Of a DNA stretch of 64,000 bases, positions 50,680 through 63,775 are shown one piece after another. A program made the translations under genes and the position numbers. Source of the DNA: Ancylonema sp. (taxonomy: Eukaryota); assembly GCA_050230475.1 (NCBI GenBank), contig JBFLGF010000080.1, forward strand, positions 1-64,000. The letters are read 5' to 3'. A model generated the notes under the pieces. That model made no database searches. It was not told the DNA's origin and worked only from the letters and a program-made list of their open reading frames with translations. Positions within the stretch are counted from its first letter, which is position 1; every line of letters starts with the position of its first letter.

Positions 50680-52609
50680 TATACTTCACTGTACTTCACC
50701 ATGGTCTGAACGGGATGATACAATGTAAAATGCGAAGGAGTATTGGGCAAGAGATGGAATCATGAGCAAAGTATGAGTCCTTTATGTGGATTTCACTTAG
50801 CAGTCCCCTTCAACGGGAAATTGTGGTTTTCGAGATTATGTGGATTAGCGAGGACGCCACCCTTGTGGCCGCTAAAATGGTAACTCAGAAGTTACTTAAA
50901 GTAGCGTGTAAGCCGACCCATGCGGGTGCCACATCGGCCTATTCTTTTCGAGTCGGCCTCTTGTGCTTCCTCACTTAGGGCTCCTCACGGTTAACTCGCT
51001 CTACAACGATTATGCTTTGATGTGGTAGCGGAGATACACTAAATGATAGTATTTTCAATAGTGGGTCCCGCTCCGCTCACGGTATTAGCGAGCCCGGCTC
51101 CAAGCTGGTGTGCGCGTGTGTCGGCTCAGAGTTGTCGCGCGTCCGCGACTCGCCTGGTAAAATCGAAACATCGAGATGTGACCAAGTACAAATCCTCCTT
51201 TGTCAAGCAGGTAGTCACTGGTTACCGGTACTTCGGGCAGTACGGGTAGTACGTCTCAAACATAGTAACCATATGCTGATGGTTACAAAATTGCATCTTG
51301 ACCCCCTCCCGCACCTTCCGCCGTTTGGATTTGAGGCTCGCAACAGTTTCCCTCATTGGTTGTGACAACCCTTTGCACGAGCGCTTCCGCAAAGATACAT
51401 CTGGTGTAGCGCTATTTTTATCACATCATACTACGTGCTCTAGCCGTTGTGACGCCGAAGTGTCCGCGTTTGTGTCTTTCGTGCTTGCGATGCTATGTGC
51501 AACCATTTCGTTATAATAGAGAACGTGAGCAAAACATGGGTGACTGGTAGCAACTTGGTAATATGGTCCAGTTGTAGCGCGATAATTACTCACGCGCTAT
51601 TACGTACTCTTCGGCAAACACTTCGGTCGGTCTTGGGGTCATACAGTAAGACCCCAAGACCGTTAAATTTTCCTGCTCGGGGACCCAGTGAGACTCTTAC
51701 TTATGTTAGTGGGATGTCCGATCCGCTTCATCCCCGGACCATCCAAAACCATCCATCCAAGGTTGTATTCATTCCCCAAGTGCAAGTATACGGGTTCTTA
51801 TAAATCCGACATGTTCGTAGCGAATCTAAACATCTTCCGAACCATAGTTCGCCCCGATCCCGCCCAATCCCCGATCCAGATTGAGGCCGGATCGGAGTCG
51901 AGCGGGGGGGGGCGGGGAGGGGACACTTTTTTACGCCACATTTTACGACACGTGTTTTATTTCATCTCATCGAATATCACCTTGTGATCGGCACCCCGAT
52001 CTAGGTCTTTCCTATCCGAATCGTCAATTCCGCGATTGACTCTGTGATAACTTTCTTCTGCCATCGATGCAATAATAAAGTTCACTTATCTTAATCTCTT
52101 TTAATCAAAATGATCGCGTCATTACAAGCATTGACACAAAAAAAGTGCAAAGCTTGAAGTAGAAAGTATTGATTATAGAATTTTGCATGCAAGCTCAAAC
52201 CTAGTACAGTCGAGTGTTGCGTGGTCAAATATCTACTGATATCGAAACTGCTTGATCAACTGCCAATCATATACAAGCATTCGGCCACATCATCTTATTC
52301 TTATCGACACTTGTGCCAGATGGCCAAGCATGCCGACGAAATCATTGTAACAAGGACATCGGCCTAATTTTCTGAATAACGACAAAACTACAAACAAATT
52401 CCCGGAAAATACTAAAATCGATGTAACGACAAAAGTTCAGAGCCCCTAAAAACTAGAACCCCCTCCCTAGGTACTTTTGTATCCCCCCTCCAAAAACGAC
52501 AACAATTCAACGATAACAATTTATCGCGTTTTCTCATACGCAACCAACACAACCATCTACAATTATCTCTCATACACTAAACCCACCATAACACAATTCT
52601 TCTTTAACA

Positions 52610-55600
52610 ACTTTATAGAGACAGCCTTGGTCAACATGTATGCAGCCTGATCTTCACTCTTCACAATCGGAAGTGTGGTTTACTTCTTTGATACTCTCTC
52701 CCATATTGAATGATATTTGATCTCAATGTGCTTGGAGCGTTTGTGAAAGACAAGGTTCTCAACAAGTTTCAATCAGCGTTCATTACCCCCTAGCAGCAAC
52801 CCACACCCCCCACGAGTACCCAACTCCTTATGCATTTGGCTCAAATAAATGGCCTCATTTCCAACACTACGTAGAGCCACATACTCACTCTCGCAACTAG
52901 AGTGTGTGATTGTTTCCAGCAACCCACTCTTCCAGCTGACAACAACACCTCCAATAAGAAACACATACCCAGTTCTCCCCTTCCTAGTGTCCACATCGTC
53001 ACCATGACTTGCATCAGAGTAACCTAGAACTGGCAGATCACCCTGCTCATACATAAACCCCAAATCGACATTTCCCTTGGGATGCTTCAAAAGTCTCTTT
53101 ACCCCACCCCAATGCTGGTCTCTTGGTTGCTGTTTGTATCGACACAAATAGTTAACAGCCGCTGCTAGGTCCGAACGTGTGCCAGAAGTAAAGTAGAGCA
53201 GACTTCCCATGTCACACATTTAACCAACACCCTCAATGCTATAAAAATCAGCAGCAGGTCCAGAGTTTGCACAAAATTTCACCCCCAGCTCAAGTGGGGT
53301 AGAAACAGAATTGTATTCACTCATCCCGAACTTCATGAGCAGGTCCATTGCATATTTATCTTGAACTAAGAACACATTGCCATCAGACTGCTTGCGAATC
53401 TCAAGCCCTAACAGGGACTTTGCCTCTCCCGGATCTTTCATATTGTACCACTTGCCTAGCCCACCTTCACACCAAAGATGTTATCCAGCCTGCTGCACAA
53501 GAAAAAAACGTCATCGACATAGAGTGCTAGATATAGTGCCTCAGGTCCCTCTCCCATAATATAGAGACCAAAATCTGAAGCAAGGCGATGAAACTGCATC
53601 CCCTTCAGCACGTCGTCGATATGTTGATTCAAACCCCTAGGTGCCTGTGTTAGACCATACAAACACCGAAGCACCAGCCACACCATGTTTTCTTCACCAG
53701 ACCCACACGCGCCATCTAGAGCCTCCATGTACACTTCTTCTTCCAAGGGTGCATAGGGGAAATCTGTTTTGACTTCCATCTGGTGCATATGAAGAACCTT
53801 GGAAGCACCCATGGCAACAAGCTGATGAATGCTCTCAAGTCGAAGATGTGGCGAGAAGGTCTAGTCAAAGTCTACCCCTTCCACTTGGCTGAACCCCTTA
53901 GCCACCACTCGTGCTTTGAATTTTTAAACTGATCCATTAGCATTCTTCTTGATTCTGAACACCCACTTTGACTTTACAACCTTCCTTCCCTTCGGCCTTG
54001 GTACAAGTTTGTAATCCTCGATTTCTTGCAGGCTTCCCATTTCAGCTCACATTGGAGCCTGCCACTGAGATTTCTCTGGACTATTGAGAGCTTCTTGCAC
54101 AGTTTCTCGCGTTTTGAACTCAGCGTCCAGGTTTGCAACAAAAGCAGCAAAAAATATGTTGGAGTGAACACCTTTATTTTTTCTTGCGGATCGACGCACG
54201 GGCGGAGTGTCAGATTGTGGGTCATCGACAGAAGTTTCATGAGGGTCATCGGCGAGGGCAAGAGGATTGAGAGGGGTGGCATCATCTGGATACCATCGAG
54301 GACCGTCTTCCAACTGATCTTGGTCGTCATCGTCACCACTCGACTTGCTCACAAATTGTGGAAGGTGTGCATTATGAAGAGGAGGAGAGCTTAGAAGTTG
54401 TGGTTATGGATTTTCCACAGCATGAGGGATCTCTTCATCGACATAATTTATATCGTCATATGCAGGTTGCCGACTTCCAAAACTGCCCCCTCCCACTCGA
54501 AAAGTGCCTCCTCCCGCTCCTTGATCAGCTACATCCAGATCTGGCCATGACATTTTGGACACTTCCACTGGCTCATGCACTTTTGCTTTCTTACCAACTT
54601 TCTGTCCTTTCCACCAGCTTGATTTGACAAATTCATCAAAATCGGCATGACGAGCACCAACATTGTGAACTTTGTTTGTTGCAGGATCCTAGACTCTATA
54701 GCAAGGACTATCTGAGTTTCACCCAACCAACACACCAAGCCATAATAGTCCACTCATTCTCCCAGTGCGGTATTGCTTCTCTAGGCGCACATACACTTTG
54801 CAACCGAAAGAGCGAAGGTGATCACCTTTTGGAATTTCCCTAGACCACATCTCCTTTGGTGTTTTTGGAAGAACGCTGACTTGGTATCGATGTCTCGGGT
54901 ACGAAGCTAATGAAATTGCTTATGCCCACAGACTAGGAGGAAGTTGCATGTGCAAAAGCATAGAACGTGCTCTGTCTTGCAGTGTGCGATTCATGCGCTC
55001 CGTGATTGCATTGCCTAAAGGAGTATTTGGATGAGTTGTCTCATGTCTGATCCCTCTGTTCTTGAGCCACTTCTAGAGGTCACCATCGATGAATTATCCT
55101 CCTCGATCTGATCGCAATTTTTTGACAGGTTTTCCAGCTTGCCGATCCTAGATTGCGATCCACTGCTTCAGACGAGGAGCTCCATCATCTTTGCTTCGAA
55201 GTGTTTATACATAGGATTTGCGGCTGAATTCATCGACGTGCACCATGTTGTACACTCCACCCCCTATCGATGCTCTATTGATCGGCCCTGCCTAGTCCAC
55301 CGACACTCTTCTCAGGCAAACGTGCTCTCCTGCACTAGCGTCTCGACGAGGATGAGGTTTGTCGTGTGCCTTCCCCAGCGTGCACCCTTCACAATTTTGA
55401 AAAATACCTGAAATGCCTCCTTCCAATCCTCTTACAATATTCTCTCGTGCCAAATTTTTGAGCACTCTCTCATTTGCATGCCCGAGTCTTGCGTGCAGGA
55501 GATTGATTTCGACAGCTGCTACAACGGCTTCTCCCTCGATTTGCCGCTGATGTCGAACCGGAGTGCATATCAGAGATTTTCGGTATGTCGACGTTTCCTG

Positions 55601-56245
55601 CAGAGTACATACCTGCTGCCCAGATTCGTTGTAGACTCGAATAATGCCACCTACTTTTCCACTCCAAGTGTACGATCATCCTGCTTCTCTTGTTCTGACT
55701 GCTGAACAAATTTATGCGCATGCCACAAATGTACAGACACTTCCGGAGGGTTACTCCTCCACATTCCCCACTACTTCACACGCACACTTCCGACGAGATG
55801 ATGCATGATGCATGAGGGATGTCTTCGAGATTTTTGAAGTGGCTTTTATGCCCACTGAAACCATCGTCGAAGAGAAAACCATTTTCTTCATCATCATGGT
55901 CTGCAACATTTCCTTCATAAATCTCAACGACGTCAGGTTCTCCATGGCCACAACTTTCATCATCATCGACTTCGCCAACAACTGCGATCTTTCGCCGTGT
56001 TTGCACCCCTTTTCTCTACATGCGTGGAGCATCGTTCTTCTTGTCGAAACACGTGAATTCTACATGACCGATTGCTCCACAGTGTTTGCATTCATCAATT
56101 TTATTGGAATAGTCTGTGGTGTAGTGACCTGTCTCTCCACAAGTAGAGCAAGAATGCCCTCCATTAGATCCACTACTTCCATCTCTGCCTCCATGTCCAC
56201 CTCTGCTTCCACGGTTATCCCCTGAATATCCCGTGACTGTTCCCC
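52610..56245 (-). mobile_element. Decayed Ty1/copia retrotransposon (gag zinc knuckles, protease remnant, integrase, RT, RNase H), truncated at its 5' side by an LTR
   Basis: CSTCGETGH and CKHCGAIGHVEFTC knuckles; LRSDRGG and ERMNRTL integrase; KWVFRIK..KARVVAKGFSQVEGVDF, LYGLTQAPR, LALYVDD RT; GYSDAS, SSCESEYVA, KRSKHIEIKYH RNase H. Copia domain order; many stops and frameshifts. Confidence 0.92.
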
Positions 56246-56844
56246 TATCATGACGCTAGAGATCGCTAAGGCGAAACCCCTCTAGATTGTTCACAAACCC
56301 CTCTAGATTGATACTCTGCTATAACGAGAGTATTCGATATAACGACTTTCTAGAATTAGTACTTTGCACTAAAAAGAGTGAATTACGAAATTTGTACGAC
56401 TTGAAAATAACGCGAGGCGTATTTTCCGAAGTTTAGAATCCAGCAGTCTTCAATAAATAGTTGCGTGTCGATTTTGTTAAAATCACAAGTCTCTTTCGAC
56501 TTGTCGATAATCCCGGCGATTAAATCCAGCCGTAGAACTAGAGAAATATCTCGCGCCGTTTTCATCGGAGCGCCGAGATTAATTGTAATGTTCTAGAAGC
56601 TAGCATGTCGCTATCTTCGACAGTTTAACTCTAGTTAACTCTGCCGGTTAGCACCGTGCAACAACTATGTGATAAAATAAAAAATGTACTTTCAGATCTG
56701 CCAGCTTCCGCTATCAGATTGCGCTGTTAAGAAATCTCTCCCAACAATCTTCTGTGTTATCTGAATCCTTTGCAATTTTGTGAATATTACATCCCTTCGC
56801 TTGCGCGACTTCGCAACGTGCTCGTCTTCCGACTCAGCCTAACG
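56246..56844 (+). repeat. ~600-bp LTR, copy 1 (termini mutated)
   Basis: High visual identity to 57230-57828; internal caataaatag TATA-like motif. Confidence 0.8.
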
Positions 56845-57032
56845 GTTGTTAACCTTGATAGTCTGCACCATACTATCTTGTTTGCTTCATAGTATTTTCA
56901 CAGACTTGTGTACTATAAATCATATGTTAGCTCGCCCTCGGCGTTGAGTAGTGAATTTCACCAGACCGCTGAGACGTGTGATATATATAATATTGATATC
57001 TCAGCAGAGACTCAATCTGTAATACTACTTAG

Positions 57033-57227
57033 TGAGAGCAACCGGACCACCAAGTCCACCTGAGACCCTTCGATCACCTACGAACATCATCGATACCAAC
57101 CCGGTCAACATCGTCGCTACTCCACCGCGAGCATTACCACATGCATCATTATGAGAAACATCCGGGAACAAAGGCGACAAAGTATGAGGAATATCAATTT
57201 AGGCGGCCGACTCCAAACAACACTTCA
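57033..57227 (+). repeat. Short LTR-like segment related to the Gypsy LTR at 10837-11050
   Basis: Starts TGAGAGCA and ends ggcggccgactccaaacaacacttca, versus TGAGAGCA ... ggcagccgacttcaaacaacacgtca at 10837-11050. Confidence 0.6.
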
Positions 57228-57229
57228 GC

Positions 57230-57828
57230 TTTCATGACGCTAGAGATCGCTAAGGCGAAACCCCTCTAGATTGTTCACAAACCCCTCTAGATTGATACTC
57301 TGCTATAACGAGAGTATTCGATATAACGACTTTCTAGAATTAGTACTTTGCACTAAAAAGAGTGAATTACGAAATTTGTACGACTTGAAAATAACGCGAG
57401 GCGTATTTTCCGAAGTTTAGAATCCAGCAGTCTTCAATAAATAGTTGCGTGTCGATTTTTCGATTTTGTTAAAATCACAAGTCTCTTTCGACTTGTCGAT
57501 AATCCCGGCGATTAAATCCAGCCGTAGAAATATCTCGCGCCGTTTTCATCGGAGCGCCGAGATAATTGTAATGTTCTAGAAGCCAGCCTGTCGCTATTCT
57601 TCGACACTTTAACTATAGTTAACTCTGCCGGTTAGCACCGCGCAACAACTTTGTGATAAAAGAAAAAGTGTACTTTCAGATCTGCCAGCTTCCGCTGTCA
57701 GATTGTGATGTTAAGAAATCTCTCCCAACAATCTTCTGTGTTATCTGAATCCTTTGCAATTCTGTGAATATTGTGTCCCCTCGCTTACGCGACTTCGCAA
57801 CGTGCTCGTCTTCCGACTCAACCTGACA
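57230..57828 (+). repeat. ~600-bp LTR, copy 2 (T[G>T]TCA...TGACA)
   Basis: Direct repeat of 56246-56844; ends TGACA, the inverse of the TGTCA start preserved in the copy at 1-69. Confidence 0.85.
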
Positions 57829-58238
57829 TCCGTCAGCCAGCCGGTAAGATTGCAAACCATTCTTTGCAATCTGTGTATGTTTGTATTTGATTTGAGTCAT
57901 CTGAATCTATTGCTAACGCACTTTCTGAGCCAGCTTGTTAATCGACTGTAATTTCTTACATCGATTCGCTAACGCTCTCTCTGAGCCAACAAGCGTGCGT
58001 GTGTGTGTCAAACATCTGTCGATTTGCCCGCGTTCGCTCCGAACCGGCAATTTCATTTGTGTGTGTGTGTGTTTGTTGTCGCTCGCTCCGAGCCAGCATT
58101 TGTTGTTTACATCTGTCTGCTGACAGAGAGAGTCTAGAAGAGGGAAATTAACCACACTGGAGATAACTAAATGTGCTGAAATTGTCGATCGACCAGCTGC
58201 ACTAGCTGTCGACAAAAATTGTCCACGATCACCGAACA

Positions 58239-61200
58239 ATGGACATAATTAATATCGAATCACGAGCTGCACTAGCTGTTAATAACTATATTCATACTGA
58301 TATTGACAATACAGCTGCACCAGTTGTCAATATTTCGGCATTCCATTTGCCAACCACTCTTCTCGATAACGATTCTACAACCCAAGTAGAATTAAAAATT
58401 GAACCCAACAAATTGACACGTTATACATCTGAACCTGAACATTCTTTGGAACGCCTACCTACATGCTCCATTAACTTGAAACCTGTTTTGATTACCGACA
58501 CAGACGACCACATCGTCGACACCACAGCACCTGTGGCTGGACCATCGACCATTGTTTCCACTACAACGCCACCAAGCGCTGCAACAACATCCATTTATCG
58601 ACACAAGATAAAAGGTGGGACAGACTCTACCATGGCCAACCCAACGCCACTACCAACATATACTGGAGAAATTGGTGTCAAACAAGACGAGTTCATCGAT
58701 AGTTTGAGACAGTTAGACCGAACTCAACAACGCACACAGCGTATGGGGCATGTACAGTGGGACTCAGTACTTGCAGCAGATCAGTATATGAAAGGAGAAG
58801 CTCATCGAGAATGGCAACAGTTTTACGTGAAAATCGTGGTACTACTCCTACGGAAGATATTTGAGATATGCATCGTGAACATAATTCCAATGTCGCATAT
58901 TATCGTCTCCAAGGTAGATTGGATGGACAACATGCACCGATCAAACCCACAGTATCGGCAGCAGAACCAACAGAACTGGAACTGTTCATCACTACTATCA
59001 AAAATCGTTTTCGAACTTCAGCTGCAGAATTTGTCACTCAGATCGAAACATTTTCAGCACGACCCAACGACAGTGTTGCAACCACATTTGCACGTTTTAA
59101 CGAACCCGCAACAATTGTTCAAGAGGCAGGAGCCATGACAGAATAACAACTGGCTAGGAGGTATCTACCACATATTCCTCTACCACTACAATCCTATATC
59201 GACGACTGGCATTTCCGTGAATGAGAGGAAAGGTATTACAAGAATCCACCGGATCCTCCTATTACACGGAAGGAGATTATGGAGAAAGCCAACAAGGCTG
59301 AATTTCTACGTATGAAACAAGACGCTGAGAACCGCGCAGCTGGGATCACCAGATCTCCTAAACTACCTTCATACACTCCATCTACTCCATACAATGCTCC
59401 TAAACCAACAGGCGTATTGACACCACGACAGGATAACAACATGGAATGCTATAACTGTCATCAGACCGGACACCTTTCGCGTGACTATCCTGCACCAAGG
59501 AAACAAAACAACTTCCAGTCATCAGGTTACCGGTAGTCTGATAAAAATTACAAAACCAACCAATCCTCAAGATCACAGTTTAAGGGAGGTGCGTACGGTA
59601 CTGAAAACATACAATCTTTTAAACTACGACCTCGCCAGTTTGATGCAAAATAGTACACCGCTCATGCATTCTGTGAATACTACAAAGGGAAACACCACAC
59701 CCGAGACCAATGTCAGAAACTTGCCAAGGCACATAACTTACTAACTCTCAGTACACCACCCACTGCAGATACTCAACCCAAACAAATCGGGTGGAAGACT
59801 CCTGAGACGCAGACAAGTTACCTGGCTATGCAAGTAGACGACTTGGCACGCCAACGCGAATTCGAAAACATGTCGCACCAGACAACGGACTCTGAGGTAA
59901 TTGACCATACCATTCCATGTCAATACCTAATGTCCACCAGACGTTCGAAAAGAGAAAAAGAAACAAGCGGCTATTAAGAAACATACCCAATTTCATGTTC
60001 CTGTGGTCACTATCAGCTGTGATGCAGTTTGATACACCTGTGAATGAAACGCAAGTACCACCCTTGCCTGAAACTACACCAATTCATTATCAATCTGATC
60101 CTGAACCAAGTAGTTCTACCACTCCATATCCGGAGCCACATCTAGAGACATTGCTTGAACAACGAACAAGAGAGGGGGAGGATTACGGTCGCAGACAGGG
60201 ATACAGTACAAAGATGCCAGACTCATTTGTACCTGATTTTCCCAACATTTTGGAAGCTGGCACTACAAACATGAACCAGTTCCATAATACTGCTGTCCCT
60301 CCACCCATGCCTCTACCACAAGCACAAGCTCTTCACGACATGCTTCATGACCATGTCAATATTTTGCGTGCACAACTGCAGATCGCAGAAAAAGCACGAG
60401 ACAACGCGGCTGCACTTGTCAGTTCCATGCAAGAACCTGCAGCCCAATACACCACCAGTCAGGATTTCACCACTTCCTCAACACGAAACTCTCAGGACAT
60501 CAAATACGGTATTGCACTCCTTCGCAACAACCGTGGGGTGTTAAAAATCATGAATGAGAAACCAAACAAGGTGGTAGTCGACAGTGGTGCCATCAAAACC
60601 ATGATTGGCAGAATCATGGCATCCAAACTTGGAATCACACCAAACATGTTGAAACCTGGAACACCATACATCACCGCATCTGGTGTGCTCAATAAATCAG
60701 TCTCGGCAACCAAGGAAAAATTTTCCGATTACGATTGGCAGCGGCACACCCAATCCAACCACCATTTATATGGAACTCCACATGTCTCCATCCAGAGAAT
60801 TTGACGTCTTACTGGGCAATGAAATTCTTGGACCAATTGGTGGATACTCTGACCCTTGGCAACATCTATTTTTTTATAGGGCAGATTGGGAAAGAGGTGA
60901 GTTATGCCTAGCATCTTTACCACTCACAGTCCGACATCAATCCAACAAATTAGAAGTGTATATGACAGATAGTGATTCACCATCTCTGACCCTCACACCT
61001 TGGGATCGTGCTGCAGCTCTCCAACAGAAGGAGAAGAAGGCAAAAGCAGACCAATCTACCAGAGACAGTGAATTTGCACGTGCTAGTCCACGCCGTTCCA
61101 TTCAATTCGGCTCTCAACCAGAAGAGGCCGTCTTGCCTACCTTACCACCGGTCAAAGTGGCAGCACGTGATTATGAGGATAACTATCCACCTACACCTGG

Positions 61201-63775
61201 CTCCAAACGCATTGACCCTCCACAACGGACTATGGGGAAATACAAGAAACTGCGGATACACGTCACCAATCAGTAGTACGCAAACGATTGTATGCTGAAA
61301 TCGAGGACAAAATCAAGCGCAAGTGCATTCCCCAGGCACTTGAACAAGCAAAGTTTGTAGATTTCAACCAACCCATCTCATCTCGCAGCAGTGTGTGCCA
61401 AACATTCTTGCGCTGGTGGATTTGAAGAAACTCCTACTCCTATGGAATTAGATACATCAACCATTCCATCCTCAGACATTCCAACCAATCCTACATCTCG
61501 CCAACATCCTCTACTTGCTCCTGACACTCAGTTACTTTCAACCATGCTTTTGGATACAGACCTTTCTCGAGCTACCAACGACACCTTCGAACCAGATGAG
61601 CTACACGAGCTCACTGAAGACGAATTGCGAGACCGATACCACGTTATGATCTCGCAACAGAATTTTTTTCGAACAGTCGTCCTCAAAGCAGCAAAAACAG
61701 AGGCACAGGCAACGATTACACACAGAATCACACAAGTCATCAACGAAAAAAAATCGGTGCTTCTCTGCAAGGATGTGCAAGCTGAACTTGACATCGCCGC
61801 AGCCCGGCAGGAAGAAAAGAGCAAATGGATCCAGCAGTATGATCTTCTAGTGGACAAACTGCATTCCAAATTGGAAGACAAGATGCAGGACGTGGTCAAA
61901 CTTCACGCAACGCAAGAAGTTCGCCAAGAAGCTGCTCGTCTGGAACACAGGCTACAGATGGAAATCGGCAAAAATGTGCTGCGAGAAGAACAGTCGACAG
62001 CAATTCCCCTTTCTTCACCTACTAGCTCCGCACCCTCAACATCCATCAGTCCTGCACTTTCTCCTGTTGCAATCGCCCCTACCACCAGTGGGGGTGATAC
62101 CATGGACACCTCGGAGGCCATAAAACCTCCTACAACTGCTGCGCGCAAACGAGAGGCGTATTCCACTCAACCAATTTCCCCGAGTGAAGTACGTCCCGCC
62201 AACCGGCAGCGCATGCAGTGAGCATCACCAGTCGCGGCAACACATCGAGTAGAGACCTACCTGATGGATAGTCGGCGGTCTACACCTACAACTCCCAGCT
62301 CTTCATCCCAGCTACCCACGACGGAGGACCCAGGGCAATCCATCGTCAAAACGATGGAGAATGAAGCTGTGAAGAACAAGCCACTCGGTGCATACGCTCA
62401 CCTGCGCGACCCCAGAGACAAAACCGATGTTGCTCAACGACTGGCACGCACAAACACCAGTGTGTCAGATTTTACCTTCCGCCAATCATTCGTTCGACCG
62501 GCTATGGCGCATCTCCTTAACATGGGCGCCATCCCGAAGGCCTTCTCCGGAGCACACCACAGCAAGTTGGCAGATTCCATTTACGCGCCAAGTATCCTGC
62601 ATTACGGAGACGCGCACTACCAAAACATCAGGCGAAATGGTCAAATTTATATGCGGGAGGCACACCTCAAATTGCGGCATGACTACCAACCACTCCCATC
62701 ATCCATCAAATGGTGTGGTCCTACGTTTCAAGGAGCATACGAACTTCCCCGAACCATCATTTCTACGCAACCAGCTTATGAGGCTCGAGGCCTGCACATT
62801 TACATCCCCTTCGGAAACCTGGAGATTGTGGAGATCTGTCTTGAGGGAGGCTCCATCATGTCCCACGTCACGCCGCAGACGGACTGCATCCACACCAAAA
62901 ATCGCTACCGCCAGAAGCTGCGACAACTGCAACTCCGCTTTCCAGACCAGCTGCCGAATTTTGCTATCGAACACTGCGATGTAATCCTGTCTACGAGCGT
63001 CACCGACACGACAACGGAGCAGATGGACGCACTCTTCCGTTAGAAAGGCCCCTTCGACGTGGTCGGTGGTAACAATCACACAGAGGTGGAGCGCACCTAC
63101 ACTCCTCTACGTGGCGGTCAAGACCGTCGTCTCGCTCCACTCCTCGCTGTCATCAAATGGATACACTACAACGCACGGCTCGCACAATTATACCCGGTGC
63201 TCATTTTTTACACCAACATCGGCACACCCGAGGACCCTCCTTGGGTAGACGACCTATACCACGTGACGCGTGCATTCTTTGGCAACGCTGCGGAGCTCCA
63301 ACCACTCCAGTTCTAAGGCCACGTCCATCGCCCAACCAAGGTGTGGACCAACTGCATTACACCACGCGAGCTGGAACTTGCACAACCCAACAGGCAGATC
63401 CGGGAGCCGCTGCAGCACCTTCTGCAACCCGGGCACACTGCACAAATCATGACTCTTCCCGACCTGGTGAACCACAAACTCAACCGCATGGGCAACCGCC
63501 TGGCTGTGTTTCCCACTGTGAGTCCTTATCTCTAGACATGCGACTATACGCTGCGATCGGATGGACGACCCGGCATCGGGATGCTGTTCGATGCACCATC
63601 TCAGCAGTATGTGCCACCTTCTCCATTCGAGATCGAGCAAGCCCTGGGACGACCTGTGGGCTACACAGCTCATCGACGTATCACCGACGCCAGGCGCGCC
63701 TCCCACCTGGGCCACATGATGGACGGACGACTCATCATGTTCCTGGCGGAAATCCTTCAGGGCACCAAACCATAG
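58239..63775 (+). mobile_element. Decayed retroelement polyprotein: gag with zinc knuckles, retropepsin protease, coiled-coil region, C5 DNA-methyltransferase-like domain
   Basis: CYNCHQTGHLSRD (59447) and a second degenerate knuckle CEYYKGKHHTRDQC (~59670); VVVDSGA (60571) plus FDVLLG protease motifs; ORFs from 60683 to 63775 share one frame, broken by stops. No RT is visible before the window ends. Confidence 0.8.
62780..63760 (+). pseudogene. C5 cytosine DNA methyltransferase-fold domain (retrotransposon DNMT3-like type) with degenerate catalytic motifs
   Basis: Motifs in order: GLHIYIPFGNL (I), GPFDVVGG (IV region), IFYTNI (VI), HRPTKVWTN (VIII), EIEQALGRPVGYT (IX), RASHLGHMMD (X). Three internal stops. 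Identified by motif recall, not by a database search. Confidence 0.78.
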
